Program-made: the position numbers and the translations under genes
Assembly: GCA_038087875.1 (NCBI GenBank)
Contig: CM075991.1
Span: forward strand, 6,758,001-6,822,000
DNA length: 64,000 bases
Reading direction: 5' to 3'
Source of the DNA: Malacoraja senta
Taxonomy: Eukaryota
The notes under the pieces: generated by a model
What the model saw: the letters and a program-made list of their open reading frames with translations, nothing else
Told to the model about the DNA's origin: nothing
Database searches by the model: none
In this document: positions 28,930 to 41,859 of the stretch, in pieces
Layout: each line of letters opens with the position of its first letter
Position numbering within the stretch: the first letter of the stretch is position 1

Positions 28930-29141
28930 ATAGACCCACATGTTGGAGTAACTCAGCGGGATAGGCAGCATCTCTGGAGAGAAAGAATGGGTGACGTTTT
29001 GGGTCGAGACCCTTCACAGTCTGAAGAAGGGTCTCGACCCGAAACGTCACCCATTCACTCTTGCCAGATATGCTGCCTGAGTTACTCCAGCATTTTATGT
29101 CTATCTTCGGTGCAAACCAGCACCTGCAGCTCCTTCCTACG
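28930..29141. mobile_element. Palindromic Penelope-derived mini-element (representative of ~30 whole or half copies)
   Basis: Arms GCTGGAGTAACTCAGCGGG..GGCAGCATCTCTGGAGA..GGGTGACGTTTCGGGTCGAGACCCTTCTTCAG and reverse complement. Others near 3445, 7080, 14310, 19680, 21805, 22275, 25350, 26490, 31880, 32830, 37745, 43110, 46935, 48170, 52982, 55035, 55538, 55750, 56768, 60200, 62135, 62392, 63125. Confidence 0.8.
29021..29048 (+). ncRNA. Minimal type I hammerhead ribozyme core (PLE-type)
   Basis: CUGAAGA-A-GGGU(CUCG)ACCC-GAAA-CG-UC: conserved core, stem II, palindromic ACGU stem III and GUC cleavage triplet. Confidence 0.7.
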
Positions 29142-32100
29142 CAATCATATATCACAAACTGGTTCAGGAATCTAAAGTACTGCGTCACAGAGGGACAATT
29201 CGTAAAAGCTACAAATCATGTTTTTAACGTTGTTTGGACGTTGGCAGACAGAGGGTTATCAATCCCCACCCCCTCCCTGCGCCAGGGACAGGAGGGGGGC
29301 CACAGAACCAGTTTGGGAACATTGAAGGGAGGCAAAGAAGATTTCTACAAGCAGCTCCTCTACAGACTACGCAATGTTTTGCGTGGTTGAAGGAAAGTGT
29401 CAGTCTTGCCATGGTGGTCAGAATGTTTCAATGCCAAGTCTATGTGTCAAGTCTATCTGCAGCAGAGCCTGGCCTCCAATTATCTTGCACGTGCCAATGG
29501 ACCATGACCCGAATTGGCTAATGTGATAGCTGACATTATAATATTTAAGGACATTTAAGGAATTAAAGTCATCTTCCGCTCTTCAGAAATGTAACCGAAT
29601 CAAGGCAATCTTAAGCCAGAGACTGTCAAAGAGGAAACTTGTTTTTAACATAAAGGGTGGTCGGTGTGTGGAACTGCCAGAGGATGTAGTTGAGGCATGT
29701 ACTATCACAATGTTTAAAAAACATTTGGACAAGTACATGGATAGGATAGGTTTAGAGGGAGATGGGCCAAACGTAGGCCCTTCGGCAGGTGGAGCTAGTG
29801 TAGATGGAGCATGTTGATCGGCATGAGAGGGTTGGGCCAAAGGGGCTCATCCCACACTATATGACTATGACTCTCGAAAGCAGTAGGCAATTCAGTAGCC
29901 GCCCAACTTAAAGGGCAATGAGGCATTTCAGAAAGTTAAAAAAAATTGTTGCTATCATAAATGCAAGCTTTCCTTTTCAAGGATCTATACAACTGGGCGG
30001 CGGTAGAGTTGCCGCATTACAGCGCCAGAGACCTGGGTAGGATCCTGACTACGAGTGCTGTCTGTACGGAGTTTTACGTTCTCCCCGTGTACTGCGTGGG
30101 TTTTCTCCGCGTGCTCCGGTTTCCTCCCACATTTCAAAGACATGCAGGTTTGTAGGTTAATTAGCTTAGATAAAAATTATAAATTGTCCCTAGTGTGTAG
30201 GGATCGCTAGTCGGCACGGAGTCATTGGGCCTGTTTCTGCGCTGTATCTCTAAACTAGCTCTAAGCTGCTTGGCTCATGCCAGCTTCAGGATAAAGGAAA
30301 ATCAGGACCATTTGGGGTCAATCAACCGGTGGTGCTGCTCTCCAGGTTATTTTCTCCCAAGAGCTTTTATGGGGGAGGGAAATAAATGCAAATCATAACT
30401 ATCAAGTCCCTGAATTAATCCACCAACAAACACTATCTATGGCCACCAGAACGATCACCATAATGATCCTTTTAGCGAGGAATCAGCTCGAGTGATCTAA
30501 AATTTGGTATGAACTTTTCAAAATGAAATGGATGCAAAAATGCAAATTGTGGATTCTTCACAAAGTAATTCCCATTGAGGACTAAAAAAAAAAGTGCTGC
30601 AATTCGCTAATTGCACTAATTATGTAACATCTGCAATTTTGCATAAATAAAGGAAATACTTGGTAGAGTGCACGTTCGATTCACCAGGTGCATTTCTGAC
30701 AGGACTGGTTTTATATTTGAGGATAAATGGGGTAGGATAAAATTCTAATCTCTGGACCAGGAAAGAGTGAGACATGGCCTTTTAAAAACAGACAGAATAC
30801 ATGGGATAATTGCTGGGATGATGTGTCCCTGGTTAAGAGTCTAGAAATATGGGACAATGTCTCAAAATACGGGGTAGGCTATTCAGGACTGAAATGCTGA
30901 GACATTTCTTCACTCAGAGAGTGATGAGTCTTTAGAATTCTCCACCCAAGAGGGCTATGAAGTTTCAGTCATTGACTGCATTGAAAATAGTGATTGATAG
31001 ATTTGGGTATATTGAAGGAATTAGGGGATAAGACAGAGAAACAAGGCAAAAGATCTGCCACGATCTTGTTGAGGGGCCTACTCCTGATTCTATTTCTTAC
31101 ATTCTTTACAGGATAAATGTAACATGGGTCAATCTGCAGCCGTATACTCGATGCAGGTCTGCCGACAGTAATTGATGCATACTTTAATAAATGCCACGGT
31201 TTTTTTTACAGATCGCAAAGATTAAAAAAGTGAATTTTCATCAGCAATTTAAACCGAACAATATAATACAATAATTCTAAAATTTCCATCTATAATATGT
31301 CAAAGGATGCTGAGATTTCATTAGTATTGCAACATGGCCTGCAGATTTATCAGTTTTATGGCTGGAATTGCTGTAAATCGGCCAATAAGATTACCCTCAA
31401 GTTTGCCCCAGGTCTATCAGGAATATCATATATTTGAAATATAATTTCCAAAGATCTATTAATATTAAGGACAACACTGCAAACCTATAGAAAAATAACA
31501 GAAGCAAATTTCAGAAAAAGTCTAATATTTTCAGTAATATAATTCAGAATACTCCAATGATCCAGAAAATTATTGAAACTGCTGAAAGGCAATCAGCATA
31601 AATGTACATCCTACGGGTTAAAATAATGCTACTGCATTTATAATTGGACACCAGAAATAAACATAGCACATCACAGTAACACTCATGTGATTATTGCAGG
31701 TGCATCGGAAATGTTAATGAATGCTGCAGATTCAAAACCGGGTCTGTTGACTGCTAAAGTATTGGAGTTCTGGTTATATTAGTATTACTTAGTTGGCTGA
31801 TACTCGATAATGGACCAAGGACAGGTGGATCAGTAAAATAGGAGGATCGATTGTAACAAGACAGAGCCAGGAAACAAAGTGCTGGAGGAACTAAGCTGTC
31901 ATCTGTGGAGCAAAATGAACAGGTAAGATTCCAAGTCAGGACCCTTCTTCAGATAATTCTGAAGATGGGTCCCGAACCGAAATGCCGCCTGCCCATTTCC
32001 TCCACAGATGCTGCCTGACGTGCTGAACTCCTCCAGCACTTTGAGTTTTGCTCAAGATTCCAGCATCTGCAGTTCCTTGTGTCTCCGGAGGCAGGAGTGT

Positions 32101-33149
32101 TGTAGGGTTCACCAGCTGTATTGCTTCGATTGCCAGAGTTAATTTTTGTTTTAAAACTCATTCACAAGATTCAATGTAACCATGCAAAATCAGCATGCTA
32201 TGTCTAATCCTGTGTGTCATCAAATGAGTGGCTTGCTTGGCCATTACTAATTCTAAATGCCGAACGGGGTGTGGAGGCCCAGATCTCAAATCCCACCACA
32301 GGATCTGGGGTGTTTTAGCTGGTATTCTAAATCACTAGTCTAGGTTTGGAGTAATCAGCCACATCATGACCACACTCTGCTGGGATGCTGTCATCATTGT
32401 TAATTTATGTTTCTATGAATACGGTACTGGAGTGTTGCCGAGGGCCACTGTAACGTGGTGTGCAGTGCTGGTGTGCCTGAGGGGCATCAGTGTATTGTTG
32501 AGTTCTTCAGTAAGCGTAGTGGGCAGGGAGGCAATGTCCATCCATGCATTTGCACTCGGATCATTGGGCAGGAGGGGTAAGGATTAGCCAAGACATGGAC
32601 GTTAGTGCATGGTTTAGGGGAGGATGGAGAAGTGATGCTGATGCGTGGGCTTGGCAGGGATGGGTAGTTCAACTGATGAGTTTAAGATACCTAGGATGTC
32701 TGGCCAAGCTGTACAGGGAATGTGGGGAATGTGGAGAGGTGGAGGTAGGGATTATAGGGGCCTTCCAACTGTACTCTTGTGGAGGCTGGGGGTAGGGGCT
32801 CATGGCAAAATGGGAAAGATCAGGGAGTCAGGCTGAAGAAGGGTCCCAACTCAAAAGGTTACCCATGCTTCTTCTCCAGAGATGCTGCCTGTCCCGTTGA
32901 GTTACTCCAGCATTTTGTGTCAACCTTCGTCCCAACTCAAAACGTCACCTATCCTTTTTTTCCGAAAGATGCTGCCTGAGCCGCTGAGTTACTCCAGCAC
33001 CTTGTGTCTAGCAGCGGGAGAGACATGTTGGGGTTGTTCACTGGCTCTACTGGGGGCTGCTGACTGCACCATGTGGTGGGAAAAGTTGGAGCAACTGATA
33101 GATAGCATCAGAGAAAAAGAGAGGGGATAATGAATCAATTATATTGGGA

Positions 33150-35260
33150 GAAAGAGGAATGATTTGTCAGAGGTCAGGGGTGAGAGGAGGGAATGATCTC
33201 TCAATGAGGTTGGAGGTGAGAGGAGAGAATGATCTGTGAGTGAAGTTATGGGGGGGGGAAGAGAGAACGGTATGTTAGTGATGTTGGGGAGAGAGGGTGT
33301 GGGTGGTCAGTCAGTGATGATGGGGGTGGAAGAGGGATGATCTTAGGAGTGACAGAGTCACTGACAGATCATCCCTTATATCATTGGCATCGAGTGAGAT
33401 TGGGGGCAAGGACAGGGAATGATCTGTGAGTGATGTTGTGGAGGGAGGGGGATAATATGCCAGTGATGTTAGTTTGAGGAGAGGGGATGATCTATCAGAG
33501 ATATTGGTGATAGGCAAAGGAAATGGTTTGTCAGTGATATTGTTTTGCGGAGAGGGGATGATTTGTCAGTGATATCGGTGATGAGGAGACAGGATGGTTT
33601 GTCTATGATACTGGAGGCAGGTGAGGGGCTGATCTGTCCGTGATATTGACGATGAGGAGAGGGGTTGGTCTGCCAGTGATATTAGGGGCAAGAGAAGGGT
33701 TGGTCTGTGAGTGAGGTTGGAGAGCGAGGCGATGATCTGTCAGTGAGGTTAGGGGCAAGGAGAGGCGATGATCTGTCAGTGATATTGGGGATGAGCAGAG
33801 GGGATGGCACGTTATTGATATTGGAGATGAGGGGAGGGATTGATCTCTGAGTGAGATTGGAGAGAGAGAGGGCATGATCTTTCAGTGAGATTAGGGATAA
33901 GGAGAGGGGATGACAATGGCAGTGATATTGGGAATGAGAAAAGGGATTGATCTGTGAGTGAGGTTGGAGAGCGAGGGCATGATCTTTCAGTGAGATTAGG
34001 GATAAGGAGAGGGGATGACAATGGCAGTGATATTGGGAATGAGGAAAGGGATTGATCTGTGAGTGAGGTTGGAGAGCGAGGGCATGATCTTTCAGTGAGA
34101 TTAGGGATAAGGAGAGGGGATGACAATGGCAGTGATATTGGGAATGAGGAAGGATTGATCTGTGAGTGAGGTTGTCGAGGGAAGGCAGGATTTGTCAGTG
34201 AGCTTAGGGGTAAAGAGAGGGGATGATGCCAATGATATTGGGGATGAGGAAAGACATTGATCTGTGAGTGAGATTGGAGAAGGGGGGGCATAATCGTTCA
34301 GTGAGGATGAGGTTAGGGATAAGGACAGGGGATGACAATGGCAGTGATATTGGGAATGAGGAAAGGGATTGATCTGTGAGTGAGGTTGGAGAAGGGGGGG
34401 GGGCATAATCGTTCAGAGAGGATGAGGTTAGGGATAAGGAGAGGGGATGACAATGGCAGTGATATTGGGAATGAGGAAAGGGATTGATCTGTGAGTGAGG
34501 TTGGAGAAGGAGGGGGCAGTGAGGTTGAGGGTAGGGGGAAGGAGGTTGAGGGTAGGGGGAAGGAGGTTAGGGATAAGGAGAGGGGATGACAATGGCAGTG
34601 ATATTGGGAATGAGGAAAGGGATTGATCTGTGAGTGAGATTGGAGAAGGAGGGCATAATCGTTCAGTGAGGTAGTGAGGTTGCGGTTAGGGGTAAAGAGA
34701 GGGGATGATGCCAATGATATTGGGGATGAGGAAAGACATTGATCCGTGAGTGAGATTGGAGAAGGAGGGCATAATCGTTCAGTGAGGATGAGGTTAGGGA
34801 TAAGGAGAGGGGATGACAATGGCAGTGATATTGGGAATGAGGAAAGGGATTGATCTGTGAGTGAGGTTGTCGAGGGAAGGCAGGATTTGTCCGTGAGCTT
34901 AGGGGTAAAGAGAGGGGATGATGCCAATGATATTGGGGATGAGGAAAGGGATTGATCTGTGAGTGAGGTTGGAGAAGGAGGGGGTCAGTGAGGTTGAGGG
35001 TAGGGGGAAGGAGGTTAGGGATAAGGAGAGGGGATGACAATGGCAGTGATATTGGGAATGAGGAAAGGGATTGATCTGTGTGAGGTTGGAGAAGGAGGGG
35101 GTCAGTGAGGTTGAGGGTAGGGGGAAGGAGGTTAGGGATAAGGAGAGGGGATGACAATGGCAGTGATATTGGGAATGAGGAAAGGATTGATCTGTGAGTG
35201 AGGTTGGAGAAGGAGGGGGTCAGTGAGGTTGAGGGTAGGGGGGAAGGAGAGGGGACGATC
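33150..35260. repeat. Purine-rich minisatellite, ~35-bp monomers with a 105-bp higher-order repeat
   Basis: GGAGAGGGGATGACAATGGCAGTGATATTGGGAATGA recurs at 33901, 34006 and 34111 (period 105), built from three related ~35-bp units; monomers more degenerate towards 33150. Confidence 0.9.
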
Positions 35261-35379
35261 CGTCAGCGAGACTGGTTTGAGGGGAGGCGAATGACCACGA
35301 GTGATGGTGGAGATACGATGGGGCAGCAGCGGTGAGCCCCCGGGGTTCCGCACCGATGCTAATGCCGGCCCGTCCTCAC

Positions 35380-35548
35380 CTTCAGCCACCACCTCCTCCA
35401 CCGTGACATGCTGCCGGCCCACGCAGAAGACGCGGCCGATGAAGCCGCTGCCGGGGCAGGATCCTCCGCCGCCACCACCGCCGCTGCTGCCGCCGCCGCC
35501 GCCCCCCGAGCCCGCCGCCTCCCGCCGCGAGTCGAAGAATTTCTTCAT
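35380..35548 (-). CDS. AAK1: AP2-associated kinase 1, first coding exon (169 nt, phase-1 donor)
   Basis: Translates [20 protein letters not shown]...[32 protein letters not shown] is the AAK1 N-terminus (BMP2K starts MKKFSR). ATG at 35548-35546; donor G|GTGAG at 35379. Confidence 0.95.
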
Positions 35549-35558
35549 CCCCAACCGC

Positions 35559-35589
<31 letters not shown>

Positions 35590-35591
35590 TC
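35559..35591. repeat. (CT)n/(GA)n microsatellite just upstream of the AAK1 ATG
   Basis: Direct dinucleotide run. Confidence 0.9.
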
Positions 35592-36237
35592 GATGATTAT
35601 TATCGACCGACGGATTTTTTTTTCTTCTTCACTGTTTTGTTTAAAAACACACACCGACCCTCCCCGATCGCCGCCCGGCCGCGGCGGGGAGAGAAGCGAC
35701 GGCTCTCCGGGGATGAGTTGCGGACCAGGCCGGGCTGCGCGCCGTTAATCCCGACATTAAATAAATAACAGCAGCGCCGACGGGACCCAAAGAGCGGGAC
35801 ATCAGCGCGCCGCGACCCGGATACGCAGCGTACCGGAAGTCACCCGCCTTCCAACCTTCCAACCTCAAATTACTCCTGCTAGTCTTGTTTTATAATACAG
35901 CCAAATGCCATAATCTCTCACAAATCTCATCTTCTTTCTTGCTCTGAGACAATTTATAATCTCTTACAAGTGGTCGGTCCACCTTGCCAAGTCTTGTCAA
36001 ACCCCATGGACCGGTGCATCTTGGATGTTGTAGTTTCCAAATCCACGCGTTATCCTGGAAACCAACGTCTCCTGTCACTGGAGGGACTACAAAACCCAGA
36101 GGTCTGTGCGGCATGCGCCATGAGAGGAACGCCCCATGGACTACATGTCCCAGCGGGCCTTGTCGGCTTTTAGCTTGAGCCGAGTGTCTTCTCTTCATAA
36201 GAAGGTCTGGAGTTTTCTTCACATCCAATGTTGTTGT

Positions 36238-36682
36238 NNNNNNNNNNNNNNNNNNNNNNNNNNNNNNNNNNNNNNNNNNNNNNNNNNNNNNNNNNNNNNN
36301 NNNNNNNNNNNNNNNNNNNNNNNNNNNNNNNNNNNNNNNNNNNNNNNNNNNNNNNNNNNNNNNNNNNNNNNNNNNNNNNNNNNNNNNNNNNNNNNNNNNN
36401 NNNNNNNNNNNNNNNNNNNNNNNNNNNNNNNNNNNNNNNNNNNNNNNNNNNNNNNNNNNNNNNNNNNNNNNNNNNNNNNNNNNNNNNNNNNNNATCTATG
36501 CGGCTGTTTATTTATTTATTTATATATTTATCTATTNNNNNNNNNNNNNNNNNNNNNNNNNNNNNNNNNNNNNNNNNNNNNNNNNNNNNNNNNNNNNNNN
36601 NNNNNNNNNNNNNNNNNNNNNNNNNNNNNNNNNNNNNNNNNNNNNNNNNNNNNNNNNNNNNNNNNNNNNNNNNNNNNNNNNN
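36238..36682. other. Assembly gaps (two N runs; a third at 49704-49937)
   Basis: Runs of N. Confidence 0.99.
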
Positions 36683-36689
36683 ACATAAA

Positions 36690-37445
36690 TAGGAATAAAT
36701 AACAACAACAAAATCGACATAGTCAAACATTGGACATTCCAGGCAATATTTGCAAAGCAATGAAAAGCATAATGCAAAATTTAAATGTCCAACACTTTTT
36801 CTTTACAAGCTCGAAAAGGAGTGAGAAGAAGAATAACTTGTTTAATCTCACCCCTTCTCCCGGAACCCTTCTTCCATATTTAATAATTTATTAATTAATA
36901 ATAATAATACCCCAGACAATTTTTAGAGATACATACAGACATATATTATATATACATACAACTGATATGCACATACAAGTAATATGTATGAAGTAACCAA
37001 AATACATAAATAAATAATAAATAAAATAATAAATAAACATTAACCCCTGTTTGTCAACCATCCCCTTCATCCCTGTACCTTGTGAAAAATAGTTTTTTGT
37101 CTGTCATTTTGAACTGGTTCATGTTTGGACATTGCTTTAATTCCACATTCAAACTGTTCCACAATCCTACTCCACAGACCGAAATACAAAAAGTTTTTCT
37201 GGTCGTGCGGACTCTTTGTACCTTAAAATTAAATATTCTTCTTAAATTATAACCCCCCACTCGCACATTAAATAATTTTTGTATATTTCCAGGTAAGTTT
37301 TTATTTTTGGCCCTAAACATTATCTGTGCTGTTTTAAATGCAACCAAATCTTCTAATTTTAATAATTTTGACTGTAAGAATAATGGATTAGTGTGACCCA
37401 GTTACCTGACCTTGTGAATAATACGTATTGCTCTTTTTTGCAAGT
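36690..37445 (-). mobile_element. L2-group (Crack/Daphne-like) LINE 3' end
   Basis: HTNPLFLQSKLLKLEDL...YNLR...FCISVCGVGLWNSLNVELKQC-type ORF2 C-terminus and AT-rich 3' UTR. Confidence 0.7.
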
Positions 37446-40400
37446 ATACAAGTATATTTTTTGTTGTGATCAAGATTCAAATGTCTGAAGTTTGGCATTG
37501 ACATCATAGTATGAACCCCATTCCTTCTCCCCAGAGATGCTGCCTGACCCGCTCAGTTACCCCAGCGTTTTGTGTCTATCTTCGGTGTAATGTGCAGTTC
37601 CTTTCCTACACATGGACCAAGTGGCTTCTGTGAATGCATTTGCTTCAGAGGGACAAGAGCGGTGCCGGGTGGCGTAGTCTTGTTACTACAGACTGGTGTA
37701 AGCATTACATTTTTAGTCCATTACACACCAATGTGTTGAGATATGTGTAGGAAGGCACTGCAGATGCTGGTTTACACCGAAGGCAGACACAAAATGCTGG
37801 CGTGACTCAGCGGCATCTCTGGAGAGAAGGAATGGGTGACGTTTCGGGTCGAGGCCCTTCTTCAGATTGAGAGTCAGGGGACAGGGAGACAAGTGATATG
37901 GAAGGGCAAGGATTGAGTCACATCTCAATATAGGATAAGGATTGAGTCTCATCTCAATTCTAAATGGTTTACCCCTTATTTGTGAGTCTGTGCCTATTCA
38001 TTTTAGACTGGGGTAGCAAAAGAAGCTTCTCAGCTACCAATTTATGTTCAAAGTAACCAAAGATGATGCAATTACAGATGACTTAACAACTTAACTGCAA
38101 AGATCCATTTTAAGAAACATCTTAAAAGGTGATTGATAAGACTGAAGAAGTGTCACAACCCACAACGTCACCTATTCCTTTTCTCCAGTGACGCTGTCTG
38201 AGTTACTCCAGCTTTTTCTGTTTATCTGTGGTTGCGAAGACTGTTGGTCTGGCTAAAGTATTCAATGGTAATAAAAATGACATGTATTAATAGCCACCTG
38301 ACATAGCCCACATATCTCCATACATCCTCTTTCATTCTTCCCAGCACATTGAGAAACTGACTCAGTTTCTTTCAGTTCATTTGAGCTCTAGACTTTTAAG
38401 GAAATTCAACTAAAAAATTACACTTCCGAAAGAGTATTTTAAGAACAGAGTAATATTGTTGAGACTGAATGTCCGCCCACAATATTTTTCTGGAAGAATT
38501 TAGCATGAGGATGATTTGTGCCCAGTAAGTTGTTGCATATCTGAACACAAATATGCATGCAATAATTGATGCTACACTGAACAAATTAAAGCAGCAAAAA
38601 CTGTGCGTAGTGGTGGAAAGATTGGTATAAACAGGGTTGCGACGTGACACTCTTTCCTTGGCCCCAAGGTAGAAGTGATAACACATTTAATATTGAATGG
38701 ATGCCCAGCAGTCATGAATGTACAAGAACAACGACCAGAAATAGCTTATTTTAAAAGCGATCAGGAGTTTTAAATCCAAAAATGCCAACGTGTTCAGTGA
38801 AGACAGTAAAAATATTAAAGGGGAAACGTTTGCAATGAATGAAAAATATGAGCTGTTTATCGGTTTGATCTTTCTTATTTTAATTTGTGGGCCGCGCTGT
38901 TCCCTTGAAGATGGGAATGAAATTATTGACGGGGGTTGGTCCCTGTAGGACTGGTATGTAAGTTGATACAGTCGCAAAAATAGTCTCAGTGAATTGGGAA
39001 AAGACCACATTGACTTCCCTTTTGGATGTGGAAGCCCAAAAGAATACTGAGGTGAAAACGAGAGGAGAAAACAAGAGAAAATTAACTGAAATGCAACTAG
39101 AATATTGTTCCTCTAACAAAGAGTATCAGACCTGAGATGTTAACTCTCTTTCTCTGTCCACAGAGGCAGCCTAACCTGCTGTTTACAATATTTTTTGTTT
39201 TTATTTCAGATTTTCAATGTGTATTTTTAATTCAATCTTCCTCCATGTCTGCACACACGCTGAATGAATGAATGCAATTGCATGCGTATAATTTCTTTAT
39301 CAGCTTCTTGGGATATGCCTCACTCCTTAAAACCAATGATGTACAGCTCCACAAGGATTGTACAGAACTCACAAAACCAGAGACATGTTGCAGCATTGAA
39401 GAAAACCATTTGAATCTTGCCCCGACTGGCCAAAAGTGGACTAATAAATTAATGCTTCTGACCTTGGTCCTTTGACAGTTTGTGTTTAAAAAGGTACTTT
39501 TTACACGTGAATGCTTCTGACTTCCACCCCCTTCATGCTTAATATCACAACTGTTCATTCAATGAAATAAGTCTTTATCTCTCTCATCCTCACACCAAAT
39601 AATGAATTTATGAGTCTCAGTATTGTACTCTCAGCAAAGGGAAGAAGATTATTTCTGTTTACCAGTCTAATTGGCACATAATTTTATGCACTTCATGTAA
39701 GTCCCCATTCGAAATAACATGAACAGAGTGAAAACAGGGCTGTCACCCTCACCTCCCTACTGGAATGTAGCTGTTTTATCCATGTTTGTACCATGGTTGT
39801 GGTGTGCTCTGGAGCTGAGAGGTGGTCAAACCCAAACTGGGTATTATGTGTTGCCATTGGATAGTGCAGAAAAGACAACTTCCACAATCAGCAGCCAGGT
39901 AGAGACTTTATAATTTTTGGACTTTAGAGACACAGAATGGAAACAGGCCCTTCGGCCCCCTGTGTACTAACACTATCCTACACATTAGGGACAATTTACA
40001 ATTTTTCCAAAGCCAATTAATGTACAAACCTATACGTCTTTGGAGTGTGGTAGGAAACTGGAGTACCCAGAGAAACCCCATGCAGTCGCATTGAGAATGT
40101 ACAGACTCTGTATAGACAGCACCTGTAGTAAGGATCAAACCTGGGTCTTTGGTGCTGTAAGGCAGCAACTCTACTGCTGTGTCGCCCCTAACATTTGAGA
40201 ATGATGGAATTTTTGTATCTAATCCACCTTCCATTGGTCCACACTTTCTTTTGCTTACAAGTTATGTTTAGTGCAAATATTTCTCCCTTTGTCAGCCCTT
40301 TCTGATCATCAAGATCAACTTGATGAGGTGGTGGTGAAAGAAGTGGAAAAGAGCAACGCGTAAACCTCGCCATTGCTTGATTTAACACTTTTGGCTGATC

Positions 40401-41859
40401 ATCTCAGAGAATGACATTTTGCACAGTGTAAAAATCATCCCAGATTCTGCCAATGCATTTGGCCAGGACAGCGATGGCAGTGATAGTAGCCCGATTTCCA
40501 GAGGTTGACACTGTCTGCAGATAAGGATATTTGTGAGTGAGCAGATGGTGAATGCTGCTTGGATGTGCATTAAGGAAATGCTTGGTCCATTGGAAAGCCT
40601 TCCAGAAAGCTTGTGTATATTGTCAAGGAGTGCAGAGGGGTGCAGTGTAAATATTACATGTGACTTTGTGCATAGTGCGAACCTCATCTTTTCCAGCAGG
40701 CACACTTCCAAACAAAATAATCATGCAACCTCTGATGTTCAATGTTTGCATCTTCCATTCCAGCACAAATGAAAGGCAAACAGTGTCAGTGAAAGCTCGG
40801 TTTGCTGGCATTATGACTGTTAATAACTATGTTAAAGGGAATTGTCGGATCAATTTATTCTGTATAAAACAAAAGCTGCTGCATAGGCAGTTTTACAGCC
40901 AGTGAGTTTAACCGAGAGTCCGTCCCTGCTCTTATTTCTGTCTCTCTGTGTGTCTATTCATGACAAAGAGCACTGGACAACTTTGGATTTTATGGGTCCC
41001 ATCAAAAGCTGCTGTCAAACACAACTCACATGTTTGAATGTAATTGCTGACATCCTCTGGAATTTGACAATCAACAACTTGGCTGATATATTCATTACAA
41101 CTGGTCAACTTCTGTGAGTGAGTTTGGCTTTTATCTCTTAAATTGTAAATATGAAAGAAGCTGAAAGCAAATAAATGCTTGGCAAAAGTGCTTTGTCTTA
41201 TTACAATATGAAACCCAAATTTGTTTTGACTTCATGCCCTCCTGCTGGTATAACAAATCATCTTCTTTTCAGACCAGCAATTCTATTGCAAATGTCCTGT
41301 CCAATCTGTATATTTTTAGGTCTAGCAACCATGTAAACATGATGGCGCAGTGACACGGCGATAGAGTTGCTGCCTTAAAGTGTCAGAGCCCCGGATTCGA
41401 TCCTGAATATGGGTGCTTGTCTGTACGGAGTTTGTACGTACTCCCCTTGACCTGCGTGGGTTTTCTCTGGGTGCTCCGGTTTCCTCCCACACTCTAAAGA
41501 TGTACAGGTTTGTAGGTTAATTGGATTGATATAATTGTAAATTGTTCCTAGTGTATCTAGGATAGTGTTAATGACGAGGATCGCTGGTCGGTGTGGACTC
41601 GGTGGACAGAAGGCCCTGTTTCCGTGTTGTATCTGTAAATTAAATATTGTTGAATTGACCAGCTGAATATGCTGAATATATGACAGAGCTCAAAAACTGT
41701 CTTCCCACATCTGCCGGCATCCATCAGCCAGGAATCTCTGTCTGCCCAGGTTATGATTCAAGAGTAATTTGCAAAATAATTTACTTTAACAGTTCCAGTG
41801 AAAACATCCTGAATAGTTCACTACTTTTTTTATCTGTGTTAATCCACAAATGTGAAATA

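Larger units (their letters stand above)
35280..36190 (-). promoter_or_regulatory. AAK1 CpG island / promoter
   Basis: High GC and CpG density around exon 1. ETS motif CCGGAAGT at 35833-35840; ZNF143/SBS-like ACTACAnnnCCCA at 36086-36098 and 36140-36152, plus a weaker reverse copy at 36021-36034; NRF1-like GCATGCGC at 36111-36118. Confidence 0.7.

Noticed and set aside
33311-35157. Long Ser/Pro/Leu-rich ORFs (up to 204 aa) on the minus strand
   Set aside because: By-products of the minisatellite; open in several frames and lying inside AAK1 intron 1.
35301-35768. 155-aa Pro-rich + strand ORF
   Set aside because: Antisense shadow of the GC-rich AAK1 exon 1 and 5' UTR.
36136-36777. ORFs spanning N runs (also 49440-50024)
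   Set aside because: Artefacts of assembly gaps.
38396-41120. Short ORFs as exons of an additional gene between AAK1 and Pitx (e.g. an annexin)
   Set aside because: No recognisable protein similarity or consistent exon chain by inspection; small exons cannot be fully excluded without a homology search.
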